Part shown: one piece after another, positions 19,285 to 29,011 of the stretch
Layout of the letters: each line of letters begins with the position of its first letter
Numbering within the stretch: position 1 is the first letter of the stretch
DNA from: an uncultured Actinomycetes bacterium
GTDB lineage: Bacteria; Actinomycetota; Acidimicrobiia; Acidimicrobiales; RAAP-2
Length of the DNA stretch: 37,939 bases
Assembly (NCBI GenBank): GCA_903824535.1
Contig: CAIJWX010000100.1
Span: 1 to 37,939, forward strand
Reading direction: 5' to 3'
The notes under the pieces: model-generated
The model's input: the letters and a program-made list of their open reading frames with translations, nothing else
Database searches by the model: none
Told to the model about the DNA's origin: nothing
Made by a program: the position numbers and the translations under genes

Positions 19285-22200
19285 ATGGAATCTCGTGCTC
19301 CGGCCGTTGTTGCCGTCGTCGTTACCACTGGTCCTGGACCAGGTCTTGAAGTCACTTTGGCTTCACTGGCCGCTCAGGACTACGAGGAATTAAGCCTGCT
19401 CGTTATAGCGAACGGGGAACACGACAACGTCTCTGAAAGAGTCGCCGCTGTTGCTCCAAAGGCATTCGTTCGCACCCTCGACGAGAATAAGGGCTTCGGT
19501 GCAGCTTGCAATGAAGCAGCCCTCATGATTGATGGTGGCGCCTTCTTCCTTTTTTGCCATGATGATGTTCGTTTAGAAACCAATGCTGTTCAAATGATGG
19601 TTGAATCGGCATTTAGAACAAACGCTGGAATCGTTACGCCGAAGGTTGTTCAGTACGAAGACCCAATGGTGCTGTTGCACGTTGGACAGACCGCTGATCG
19701 TTACGGCGTTGTCCAAGAGCGAGTCGATGAAGGTGAAATTGACCACGGTCAACAAGACTTAGAGCGAGATGTTTTCGTCGCCCCAGGTGGGGTAACACTT
19801 GTGCGTTGTGACCTTTTCACAACACTTCGAGGCTTCGACCCGCTCATTCCAGTTCTTGGCGAAGACCTTGACCTTTGCTGGAGAGCACAAGTTGCTGGTG
19901 CCCGCGTGGTGGTGGCCCCGAGCGCAAAGGTAGCTCACCGAGAAACAATCGCCACTGGTGAGCGAATTGTCAGTGCTGTTGGAACTAGACGCAGAAGTCG
20001 CCAAGACCTACAACGTAGACATCAACTTATGGTTGTAGCGACTGGTTGGGGGCGAGTCACAACAATCATGACGCTTCCTGTGCTGGCGATAATGGATCTC
20101 TTCGAATTTTTGCTCTCACTGGTAAGTGGCGATACTGATCGTGCCGGAGCTGTCGTTAGTTCATGGCTGTGGCTATTTAATAATCGCAAGCGAATCAGAG
20201 AGCGCCGCCGTCTTCGTGGACAAATGCAAGTGCTATCTGACAGTGAGCTGCGTCGTCTTCAAGTAGGGGGAGCGAGTCGTTTGAAGCGGTTCACAACAAC
20301 CCTTCTACGAGAAGGTCTAGACAGAGCTCGAGGAGTACTTCCACAAGCAGAAAGCATCCCTGAGGTGATAGGCGTCTCAGAAAGTTCTGGAGTGGGCTTC
20401 GGCGCAGCTTTTTCTGAGAGTGAAGAGTTTGATGAGATACCTGAAAGTGATGAGATTTCACTTCGTCGAAGGGCGAGCCGTATCCTCACTTCATTTCGCG
20501 CTCAAGCAACCGTGATAGCTCTCGTCGTGGTTTTCTGGTTTATTGGAACTAGAAACCTTGCGGTGATGCCGCTGCCACTAGTAGGTCGACTTGCTCCACT
20601 CGATTCTTGGTGGTCTACGTGGCGTCACTTCTTTGCCTCATGGTCTCCGAACGGGCTTGGAACGGGCACACCTGGCATGCCGGGATATGGCGTTCTCGGG
20701 TTTGCGGGTTCTTTTGTTTTTGGTCGAATGGGAATCCTCCCTCGATTAGCTCTTGTCTTTTCAATTCCTATTGGCTCCATTGGTATTGCGCGACTCCTAA
20801 AGAATCGAGTTTCGAATCGTGCTCGTGTGATTGCTTCAATTGCCTACCTAGCAATGCCGCTTGGGCTCAACATGGTGAGCCAAGGGCGAATCGACATCCT
20901 TCTCACCGTTGCGGCACTGCCGTTTATTGTTCGTCGAATTTTTGAACTTCTAGCAATCCCAACATTTAGAGATGGCGCTTATACAGCGCCGGTGCATTTC
21001 GGACTTCAGGGATGGCGTAATACTGAAGCTGGTCAACGAACAATTCTTGTGATGATCATTGCTCTCGTGAGTGCCATGGCTCCTGCGACCTTGATTCTTG
21101 TTGGTGTAATTGTTGGCGGAGTTGTGATTGCAAGATTCTTTGAGAGCGATGAAAATGCATCACGAGTTCATCCATGGAGAATGCTTGGCTCAATAATTGG
21201 CACAGTAGCGATTTTCCTTCTGCCACTCACAATCAACGTATTCTTTTCCGGTCGACGAGCTCTTGAAATATTTGGAACATCACGTGGAACATGGTCCGTT
21301 CCATCTTTTGGTGGACTCATACGAGGCGCCGATGGGAATTTTGGAACTTCATGGGCGGCGTGGTTGCTGCCACTTGGCGCGCTACTTAGTTGGTTGATCT
21401 GTCAAGGTATTAGACGAAGCATTGCAAGCAAGGCTGCCGTAATCGCAACGTTGGCGCTAGTACTTGCCAGCCTTTCGTCACATAACTGGATGGGGCCTTT
21501 CGCACCAGACGTTGACGTTCTTCTCGCGCTCTACATGGCAATGGTGGCTCTGCTAATTGGTATTGGTGTTAGTGCACTTGAGAATGACCTTCGACAAGTT
21601 GGATTTGGATGGCGACAAATTTCTGCAGGATTCCTAGTCTCAATGTTGACAGTGAGTACTGTGCCATTTTTGTTGAGCTCAGCGAGTGGACGTTTTGATT
21701 TACCAATGAATAGTGTCGCGCAGTCGCTCAGTTCTCTTGCCCCAATTAACAGTGGTGAGTACAGAGTCCTTTGGCTCGGTGATCCAACAGTTCTGCCAAT
21801 CGCTGGATGGTCCGTTGCCCCAGGACTTGTGGCGGCGACCACAATGAACGGCCTACCTACTGGCTCAACTCTGTTCTCGCCACCGAATTCAGGTACAAGT
21901 GATGTTCTTCTAAACGATATTCAATTAGCGCTTGAGGGTCGCACTGTTCGACTTGGGTCGCTTCTCTCGACCGCCGGGATTTCAACAATTGTTGTAATGA
22001 ACGCGTCATCACCCGAGCTCGCCGGGGTGCAAACAGTTCCACTTCGACCTGTTCCTCAAACGCTTCGAACTGCACTCAACATGCAGACAGACTTGTCACT
22101 TGTTCTACAAACAAGTTCAGTCTCGGTGTTTGGCAATTCCTTATTTGCCGGGCTCATTCACGCCAGCAGTACCGGAACAAGTCCTGTTCCGGTACTCGCA

Positions 22201-22551
22201 ACTATTGGCTCTGAAGGACATTTAAAAATGCCGGCGGCAAATGATGCCCACGTTGTTGCGGGTCTGGCCCCAGCGGGTGCCTTCGCACTTAATTTGAGCG
22301 GAAAACCTGTGGCCAGATCAATTGCAGATGGTTGGGCGCCGAAATATGCAATTGGATCCGTACATGGAAATGAGACAGTGCAAGTTGTTCTGCACCAGTT
22401 CCCGCTAAACGGTCTCCTTGCATTGTTCACACTGGGTCTCTGGTTATTTGTATGGCTTGGATTTGGCTGGGTACACCGTGCCGAGTGGCTATTCAACAAG
22501 AGAAACCGTCGAGTGGTTGTTCCAGTGAGTGAGGCAACGGAGAATGAATAA
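19285..22551 (+). CDS. Large GT2 glycosyltransferase fused to a polytopic membrane domain and extracellular domain
   Basis: N-terminal GT-A motifs (N.GFGAACN, CHDD, GEDLDLCWRAQ, VAH), acidic linker, more than 10 hydrophobic helices, RVLWLG extracellular region, final TM plus basic tail. Confidence 0.88.
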   Translation: MESRAPAVVAVVVTTGPGPGLEVTLASLAAQDYEELSLLVIANGEHDNVSERVAAVAPKAFVRTLDENKGFGAACNEAALMIDGGAFFLFCHDDVRLETNAVQMMVESAFRTNAGIVTPKVVQYEDPMVLLHVGQTADRYGVVQERVDEGEIDHGQQDLERDVFVAPGGVTLVRCDLFTTLRGFDPLIPVLGEDLDLCWRAQVAGARVVVAPSAKVAHRETIATGERIVSAVGTRRRSRQDLQRRHQLMVVATGWGRVTTIMTLPVLAIMDLFEFLLSLVSGDTDRAGAVVSSWLWLFNNRKRIRERRRLRGQMQVLSDSELRRLQVGGASRLKRFTTTLLREGLDRARGVLPQAESIPEVIGVSESSGVGFGAAFSESEEFDEIPESDEISLRRRASRILTSFRAQATVIALVVVFWFIGTRNLAVMPLPLVGRLAPLDSWWSTWRHFFASWSPNGLGTGTPGMPGYGVLGFAGSFVFGRMGILPRLALVFSIPIGSIGIARLLKNRVSNRARVIASIAYLAMPLGLNMVSQGRIDILLTVAALPFIVRRIFELLAIPTFRDGAYTAPVHFGLQGWRNTEAGQRTILVMIIALVSAMAPATLILVGVIVGGVVIARFFESDENASRVHPWRMLGSIIGTVAIFLLPLTINVFFSGRRALEIFGTSRGTWSVPSFGGLIRGADGNFGTSWAAWLLPLGALLSWLICQGIRRSIASKAAVIATLALVLASLSSHNWMGPFAPDVDVLLALYMAMVALLIGIGVSALENDLRQVGFGWRQISAGFLVSMLTVSTVPFLLSSASGRFDLPMNSVAQSLSSLAPINSGEYRVLWLGDPTVLPIAGWSVAPGLVAATTMNGLPTGSTLFSPPNSGTSDVLLNDIQLALEGRTVRLGSLLSTAGISTIVVMNASSPELAGVQTVPLRPVPQTLRTALNMQTDLSLVLQTSSVSVFGNSLFAGLIHASSTGTSPVPVLATIGSEGHLKMPAANDAHVVAGLAPAGAFALNLSGKPVARSIADGWAPKYAIGSVHGNETVQVVLHQFPLNGLLALFTLGLWLFVWLGFGWVHRAEWLFNKRNRRVVVPVSEATENE

Positions 22552-23857
22552 CCTACGTCGACTGCCATTGACAGCTGTAATGGTGACTGCCCTTGTGATT
22601 ACGGCTGCGCTAAGTACATTTCTCGGTACGTCTAATCCTTCGAAGCTATCTTCAGGGCTCCTCGTTGCTTCAAACTCTGAGTCAGCTGCTCTCTACTGCT
22701 CAGGACTCACTTCGAGCAGCGTTACATTTTTGAATACAACGTCTACGTCGCATAAAATTTCTCTCTCCTGGACAACTGACACTGGACAAAGCGGCAGTGA
22801 AAGTACCAAGATTTCGGGCAACAGCACATGGAACTTGAGTTCTGTTGGAAAAGGCAAAGTATTCGCGGTCGCTGCACAGGTAAATGGTGGAGGAGTTGTC
22901 GCAGCAGTTGTTGGATCCAACGGGCTCCAAAGTGCTTGCAGCTCAATTGGCGCCCAGTCTTGGTTCGGAGCAGGTTTTGATACAACTGTTGGCTCAACAG
23001 GAGACTTGAGTATTTACAATCCAACTGCAACAGCTGCAGTGTTCAATGTTTCCACGTACTCAGACAAAGGGTTCAATGCTCCTGCAGCGTTTCAGGGGCT
23101 TTCAGTCAATGCCCACCAATTATTTGTATTGAACCTTGGAACGCAACTAGTAAATACCAGCAATATTGGCGTCCGCGTAAAGGTCCTACGCGGGTCACTC
23201 GACATAATTGGTATTCAACAATCGGGAAATACGGTTTCGTACTACTCGGGACAGAGCCAGCTCAGTAAACAGAGTCTGTTCCCTCTCGTAACAACCGAAA
23301 ATGGCGCCAAGGCGCAACTTCGATATGCGAACCCCGGATCAAAAACAATTTCAGTAACGGTGAAGGTAAGCCTTCCTCCATATAACGTTCCTGCACAATC
23401 GCTCACAGTGTTGCCTTACAGCAGTGGTGAAATAACGATTACACCAAACACTGCAATTCCAGCAAATGGATACGCATTCGTAAGCTCTTCTTCCAGTGAC
23501 CCGATACTTACAACTCTCGTACTTGGAACATCCAAGGGGACTTCCCTTAGCGCTCTTGGGAACCCGTCATCATCACTACTGTTCGCTAATTTCAACGGAA
23601 CAGCAATTGAAACTGCTCGAGTAACAAATACATCGAAGCAGAGTGTGACTGTCTCCATTTCTTCATTACCAAGTCAAGGCGTAAAGAGCTCGACCTCAAA
23701 GTTTCATATTAAGGCTGGCGAAACGGTGCAAGTGAAGTTGCAACATATAGCTACTGGTGAATTTATTACGGCGCCAAAGAGCGTTCTTCTGGCAACCGTT
23801 GCACTGCAAACAACTCCAGCAGGAGTTAATCTGCTGAGCGCTTTAAACAGCAGGTAG
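22544..23857 (+). CDS. DUF5719-like secreted beta-rich protein
   Basis: N-terminal TM, LYC motif, C..SWFGAG..L.IYNP and second-repeat LRYANPG motifs; sits directly after the large GT2 as in other actinobacteria. ATG 22544 overlaps the upstream gene end. Confidence 0.7.
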   Translation: MNNLRRLPLTAVMVTALVITAALSTFLGTSNPSKLSSGLLVASNSESAALYCSGLTSSSVTFLNTTSTSHKISLSWTTDTGQSGSESTKISGNSTWNLSSVGKGKVFAVAAQVNGGGVVAAVVGSNGLQSACSSIGAQSWFGAGFDTTVGSTGDLSIYNPTATAAVFNVSTYSDKGFNAPAAFQGLSVNAHQLFVLNLGTQLVNTSNIGVRVKVLRGSLDIIGIQQSGNTVSYYSGQSQLSKQSLFPLVTTENGAKAQLRYANPGSKTISVTVKVSLPPYNVPAQSLTVLPYSSGEITITPNTAIPANGYAFVSSSSSDPILTTLVLGTSKGTSLSALGNPSSSLLFANFNGTAIETARVTNTSKQSVTVSISSLPSQGVKSSTSKFHIKAGETVQVKLQHIATGEFITAPKSVLLATVALQTTPAGVNLLSALNSR

Positions 23858-25828
23858 CGTCGGTGGCTGCCAAGTAGTTGATGGTGCAGGAGCTGCTTCT
23901 GAAGTTTCAGCCTTCACTGGAGCGCTAAGAGCACTCACAGTCTTGGTTCCACCAGGCCATACAGGCTCTCCGTGGGCTTCATCAATAAGTTTCGCAGCAG
24001 TATCACCATCAATAGTCTCGTGCTCCAGAAGCGATCGTGTCAGTGCTTCAAGGCCACGTCGGTGAAGTGTGAGCACTTCAATTGCGCGAGCTTCTTGTTC
24101 GCGAAGAATTCTCTCTACTTCGTCATCAACAATTTCAGCGGTGTGCTCTGAGTAGTCCTTTGTAGACATGAGTCCATCTCCAAGGAATACCTGCTGGTGT
24201 CCGCCCCAGGCCATTGGCCCAATTTCTTTCGACATTCCCCACTCGGTAACCATTCGACGAGCGAGCTCAGTATTTCGCTGAAGGTCGTCTGCGGCACCAG
24301 TAGATAGATCACCGTAAACAAGCAATTCAGCAACTCGTCCACCCATGCGCATACAAAGTGAATCTTCCAGGTGGCCTCGACCCATAATGTGGCGGTCTTC
24401 TTCAGGAAGTGTCATTGTGACACCCAGTGCCATTCCACGGGGGATAATCGTGATTTTGTGCAGTGGGTCAGTTTTTTCTAGAACGTACGCAAGTAGCGCG
24501 TGGCCACTTTCGTGGAATGCAATGCGCTCGCGCTCGTCATCTTGCAGCACCATTGAGTCTCGCTGGGCACCCATAAGAACTCGGTCACGTGCTGACTCAA
24601 AGTCGTTCATATTGATTGTTTTTGAATCACGACGGACAGCGTGTAGTGCCGACTCGTTAACGAGGTTCGCTAGGTCAGCGCCGCTCATTCCTGGTGTCCC
24701 GCGCGCAACCATTGAAAGGTCAACTGATGCATCAAGTGGCTTATCTTTTGAGTGCACCTGCAAGATTGGAAGTCGCTCATCGAGGTCGGGTAGTGGCACA
24801 ACAATCTGGCGGTCAAAGCGTCCAGGGCGAAGTAGCGCTGGGTCAAGTACATCTGGTCGGTTGGTCGCGGCCATGACAACAATGCCCACAGTCGGATCAA
24901 AGCCGTCCATCTCGCTCAGCATCTGGTTAAGAGTCTGCTCACGTTCATCGTGTCCACCACCAACTCCAGCACCACGTTTGCGGCCAATGGAGTCGATTTC
25001 GTCGACGAAAATAATTGCTGGAGCAGCTTTACGCGCCGTTGAGAACAAGTCACGAACACGTGATGCACCAACACCGACGAACATTTCCATGAAGTCTGAT
25101 CCTGAAACTGAGAAGAATGGAACTCCTGCTTCGCCAGCTACTGCTCGAGCAAGCATTGTCTTTCCAGTTCCTGGAGGACCAACAAGCAAGATGCCCTTTG
25201 GAATTAATGCGCCAATAGCTTTGTAGCGATCTGGGAACTTTAGAAACTCAACTACTTCGCTGATTTCTTGCTTCACGCCTTGGTATCCAGCAACGTCGGC
25301 GAACGTTGTTGAGGGGAGATCTTTATTAAATTGCTTTGCCTTGGACTTGCCAACGGACATCATCCCGTTCATCTGCCCCTTGGCCTGGCGGCTTGCAAAG
25401 AACATAAAGCCACCAAAAATGATGATCCAAATTAGGTAGGGCGCGAAGGTTGAAAGGAATCCATTGTTATTTACGAACACAACGGAAACATTGTTGGTGC
25501 GAAGTGTTTCAATTTCAGTAGTCAGAACTGGAATTGGACCGTTTGTGGTGTAGTTGGTTCCGTTCGTTAGTTGACCAGTGATTACACCATTGGTGTTATT
25601 AATGTTCGCTGAAATAACCCCAGCGTGGCGAGCTTCACGAATAAGTGCCGAGTAATTAATTGTCTTGATGTGCTTATTTGAAAAGAACGATGGAATGATC
25701 AGGATGCCCAGAATAAAGATCACCAGGGCAATGGTGATGAAACGTCGACGTGATTCTGGGGTTACTGGCTTCTTGCCTCCAGGCATGAGCTTGGAGAGGC
25801 CAGTTTTTTCTTTTTCAGGTGTAGTCAC
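23843..25828 (-). CDS. ftsH: ATP-dependent zinc metalloprotease FtsH
   Basis: Two TMs, TFADVAG, Walker [22 protein letters not shown], Walker [28 protein letters not shown] and HESGH. Start set at GTG 25828 (TAGATT -10 lies 7 nt upstream); the ORF extends to 25858. Confidence 0.96.
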   Translation of the reverse strand: MTTPEKEKTGLSKLMPGGKKPVTPESRRRFITIALVIFILGILIIPSFFSNKHIKTINYSALIREARHAGVISANINNTNGVITGQLTNGTNYTTNGPIPVLTTEIETLRTNNVSVVFVNNNGFLSTFAPYLIWIIIFGGFMFFASRQAKGQMNGMMSVGKSKAKQFNKDLPSTTFADVAGYQGVKQEISEVVEFLKFPDRYKAIGALIPKGILLVGPPGTGKTMLARAVAGEAGVPFFSVSGSDFMEMFVGVGASRVRDLFSTARKAAPAIIFVDEIDSIGRKRGAGVGGGHDEREQTLNQMLSEMDGFDPTVGIVVMAATNRPDVLDPALLRPGRFDRQIVVPLPDLDERLPILQVHSKDKPLDASVDLSMVARGTPGMSGADLANLVNESALHAVRRDSKTINMNDFESARDRVLMGAQRDSMVLQDDERERIAFHESGHALLAYVLEKTDPLHKITIIPRGMALGVTMTLPEEDRHIMGRGHLEDSLCMRMGGRVAELLVYGDLSTGAADDLQRNTELARRMVTEWGMSKEIGPMAWGGHQQVFLGDGLMSTKDYSEHTAEIVDDEVERILREQEARAIEVLTLHRRGLEALTRSLLEHETIDGDTAAKLIDEAHGEPVWPGGTKTVSALSAPVKAETSEAAPAPSTTWQPPTLPAV

Positions 25829-25905
25829 GTCTACCAATCTAGAGGTCAATTGTGACAATCAATTTGGCCCTGTGCATAACTCCAAACTTGTTAGCGTTAT
25901 GACAT

Positions 25906-26655
25906 ATGAGTACCAGGCCATTAAAGGAAAATAACGGCAAACCTCGCACCATCACGATTCTGGTTGCATGCCTCGTGGGCTTCCTAGGTGGAGAGGTGTT
26001 GGCAACAGTCTTCGCCAGCATCCTCAGCAGTTCTCTTCACTTTCCAGGAGGCATCAGCGCTCTTACAAAGGTCGATAAGGCCCCTTACTGGTTCACTCTG
26101 TGTGGTCTTATTGGACTCTGGTGCGGCTTTATGGGAACAGTCGTATTCGCAGCAGTGTCGGGTGGCCTATCTCTTCCTAGAAGCATTTTCAGACTAAAAA
26201 CATCAGATGCAAAATTCATAGTTATTGGTGTTGCGAGTCAATTACTTATTGGACTGCTCTATAAGCCATTTCACTTTAAAAACATGAATAAACCAGTTGA
26301 ACATATTTTTGGATCAGTACATGGATCCATGTTTGTTCTTCTAGCAGTAGCAACAGTCTTCGTCGCCCCGTTCGTTGAGGAATGCCTTTTTCGCGGTGTT
26401 CTATTTCGTTCATTAGACATAAGTCTTTCTTCAGCGAACAAAAAATATGGTTCGCTAGCAGCAATGATCATTAGCGCGCTGATTTTCGGTTTGGCTCACG
26501 CAGAGCTACTTCAATTTGCTGGTCTGTTTATTCTTGGAATTGCGCTTGCGTACATTGTCAAAAGAACGCAGCGACTTGCTCCGAGCATTTTGACTCACAT
26601 GTCTTTTAATGCGGTTGCCATGATTGCTGTCATACTTCAACGAACTGGTCACTAA
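25906..26655 (+). CDS. CPBP (Abi/CAAX type II) intramembrane glutamic protease
   Basis: EECLFRG, FGLAH and HMSFN motifs; multi-TM. Confidence 0.92.
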   Translation: MSTRPLKENNGKPRTITILVACLVGFLGGEVLATVFASILSSSLHFPGGISALTKVDKAPYWFTLCGLIGLWCGFMGTVVFAAVSGGLSLPRSIFRLKTSDAKFIVIGVASQLLIGLLYKPFHFKNMNKPVEHIFGSVHGSMFVLLAVATVFVAPFVEECLFRGVLFRSLDISLSSANKKYGSLAAMIISALIFGLAHAELLQFAGLFILGIALAYIVKRTQRLAPSILTHMSFNAVAMIAVILQRTGH

Positions 26656-29000
26656 TGATTAGTCGCCTTCGTACTTTCTTCACCCCAGTTCGTGTGCTTG
26701 AAGCCGTTGTGGTGCTCATGGTTATTTTTGTAACTGTTTGGACAATGCATCCTTCTGTTTTGTTTTCGTCTTCGACGATTACTGGAGGTGACACTGGATC
26801 ACACATAGCGCTGCCAGCATTTCTAAAATCGCAAGGAGGGTTTCTTCATCTGACCCCTTGGTATCCAGGATGGTTCAACGGGATGCCTGCTTACACCTAC
26901 TACTTTGTGCTTCCCGATTACTTCGCTGTTCTAGCGAGCTACGTCATTAATTTTGCGGTGGCATTCAAACTCGTAACAATTCTTGGTTCGGTACTTCTAC
27001 CGGTAACTGCATATGCCGTGGCGAAACTCTTTCGTGCACCACGACCGGTGCCCGCTGCACTTGCAGTCGCAACACTTCCGTTCTTATTTGATGCTTCGTT
27101 CACGATTGATGGAGGAAATCTCTTTTCAACAATGGCGGGTGAGTATTCGTTCTCATTCTCACTGGCACTTTCGCTCCTAACGGTAGGGCTCTTTGCCCGG
27201 GGAGTGCGAACAGGTCGTGGGTACTGGGTTGCTGCGATTTCGCTAAGTGCGACCTTGGCATCTCACGTACTTCCATGGTTCTTCTGCGTGGTGTCTATTG
27301 CCGTACTCGTTGTCTTTGAGCTGCTAGCTCGACGTGGAATTGGAACTGAAAGAAACACAGACATCATTCGTGCTGACTTTGCGCGACCGGTGCGTTTTGC
27401 GTTCTGGGCCGGACTCCTCTCACTGTGCTTGTCAGCCTGGTGGCTGGTCTCATTCCTGAGTTCGCAGGCCTACACAAACACCATGGGCTACGTGAACGAC
27501 AACGTGAGCACCATCCATCAGATATTTACGCACTTAGGTTGGTTTAACGAAAATGGTTCATCTGCGGGTGACCGCTGGGTAATTGTTCTTGCCACGGTTG
27601 CGTTTGTCCTCGCATTTATTGTTCGTGACCGACTTGGAATGGTGCTTGCAACGCTGGGACTACTTTCACTAATTGGATTCATAGTTGATCCTCAAAGTGT
27701 TATTTGGAACGAACGAATTGTTCCATTTTGGTTTCTCGCCACCCATCTAAGCGCAGGGTGGTTATTTGGTTATCTACTCTCAAAGTGGATTGATAGGAAA
27801 CCGAAGGAACCGCGTTCATGCGACCAAGAAGACGATGAACTCCCACAAGAGTTTGAACTCAATATTTATGAAAAGACTGAAGAGCGTCGAGTTAGTAGAA
27901 CATTGAACGCAACACTTCTGGTGGCGTTACTTGGTCTGGGATCTGTGCTGCCAGGACAAATTGCCCCCGTTGCGTCTGCGCTGCACCTGCATACATCAGG
28001 AAATCAGGTGGGGGTCTGGGCTCAGTGGAACTACTCAGGATATGAAGCTAAAGCTGGCTGGAATGAATACCAAGACATCATGACCACAATGAAGTCCGTT
28101 TCTGCCAAGTATGGCTGTGGAAATGCCATGTGGGAATACGCATCTGGTCAAGATCGATTCGGAACACCCGAAGCATTGATGTTGTTGCCCTACTGGACCA
28201 ATAACTGTGTTGGATCAATGGAGGGACTTTTCTTTGAGTCGTCGGCGACGACTCCCTATCACTTCATTAATCAATCAGAACTGAGTGCTGCTCCTAGCAA
28301 TGCACAAGTTGGACTTGATTACGGAACTCTCGATGTTGTACTTGGCGTGAAGCACCTACAGATGCTTGGAGTGAAGTACTACATGGCCTTTTCACCAACT
28401 GTTATTGCGCAGGCGAGTGTAAATCCATCGCTGCAGCTTGTTGCAACAACCAAAGCCTGGCCGTCACCGGGGGCGACGTGGAGTATTTATTTAATTAAGA
28501 ACAGCCCTGTTGTTCAGGCGCTCAGCAACGATCCAGTAGTGATAGATAACGTTTCGACGAGTAAGAAGTGGCTAAGCGTGAATCAACAGTGGTACAACAC
28601 GCCTTCTATGTGGCATCAACTCATTGCTAGCAGTGGGCCAAAGACGTGGAAGCACATTTCGTCACTTAGTCAGCTTCCAAAGAAACAAAATGGGATCAGC
28701 GGTCTACCTTCAATAAGCAACGTAGTTCGAGGTACTCAATCAATTTCATTTCATGTAAGCAACCTCGGAACTCCAGTGCTTGTGAAGATGTCATATTTCC
28801 CAAGGTGGCATGTGTCGGGCGCGACTGGTCCATATCGTGTGAGCCCAAATGAGATAGTCGTTATCCCAACTTCGAAGGATGTCTCGTTGACGTATGACTC
28901 GGGAGCAGGACTCGGTGGTCTGATTACTGGTGCCACAGTTCTCCTTGGACTATTGACTGCGTTTATTCGCTATAGAGGGCGCTCTAAGTCCTCCAAGTAG
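26655..29000 (+). CDS. Polytopic membrane protein of the PTPS-related / YfhO-like GT-C superfamily
   Basis: First loop TGGDTGSH and W.PGWFNGMP.Y.YYF (GT-C-like), about 12 TMs, extracellular domain, C-terminal SYFPRW..SPN..V.P..V.L.Y segment, then TM and basic tail; TAATG coupling to CPBP. Confidence 0.78.
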   Translation: MISRLRTFFTPVRVLEAVVVLMVIFVTVWTMHPSVLFSSSTITGGDTGSHIALPAFLKSQGGFLHLTPWYPGWFNGMPAYTYYFVLPDYFAVLASYVINFAVAFKLVTILGSVLLPVTAYAVAKLFRAPRPVPAALAVATLPFLFDASFTIDGGNLFSTMAGEYSFSFSLALSLLTVGLFARGVRTGRGYWVAAISLSATLASHVLPWFFCVVSIAVLVVFELLARRGIGTERNTDIIRADFARPVRFAFWAGLLSLCLSAWWLVSFLSSQAYTNTMGYVNDNVSTIHQIFTHLGWFNENGSSAGDRWVIVLATVAFVLAFIVRDRLGMVLATLGLLSLIGFIVDPQSVIWNERIVPFWFLATHLSAGWLFGYLLSKWIDRKPKEPRSCDQEDDELPQEFELNIYEKTEERRVSRTLNATLLVALLGLGSVLPGQIAPVASALHLHTSGNQVGVWAQWNYSGYEAKAGWNEYQDIMTTMKSVSAKYGCGNAMWEYASGQDRFGTPEALMLLPYWTNNCVGSMEGLFFESSATTPYHFINQSELSAAPSNAQVGLDYGTLDVVLGVKHLQMLGVKYYMAFSPTVIAQASVNPSLQLVATTKAWPSPGATWSIYLIKNSPVVQALSNDPVVIDNVSTSKKWLSVNQQWYNTPSMWHQLIASSGPKTWKHISSLSQLPKKQNGISGLPSISNVVRGTQSISFHVSNLGTPVLVKMSYFPRWHVSGATGPYRVSPNEIVVIPTSKDVSLTYDSGAGLGGLITGATVLLGLLTAFIRYRGRSKSSK

Positions 29001-29011
29001 AGTTGTACGTC

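Noticed and set aside
24345-25226. 293-aa ORF antisense to ftsH
   Set aside because: Typical shadow ORF on the reverse strand of a conserved AAA gene; Ser/Arg-rich with no recognisable motifs.
26655-29000. Pterin biosynthesis role implied by the family name 6-pyruvoyl-tetrahydropterin synthase-related
   Set aside because: No T-fold PTPS motifs; the protein is a polytopic GT-C-like membrane protein.
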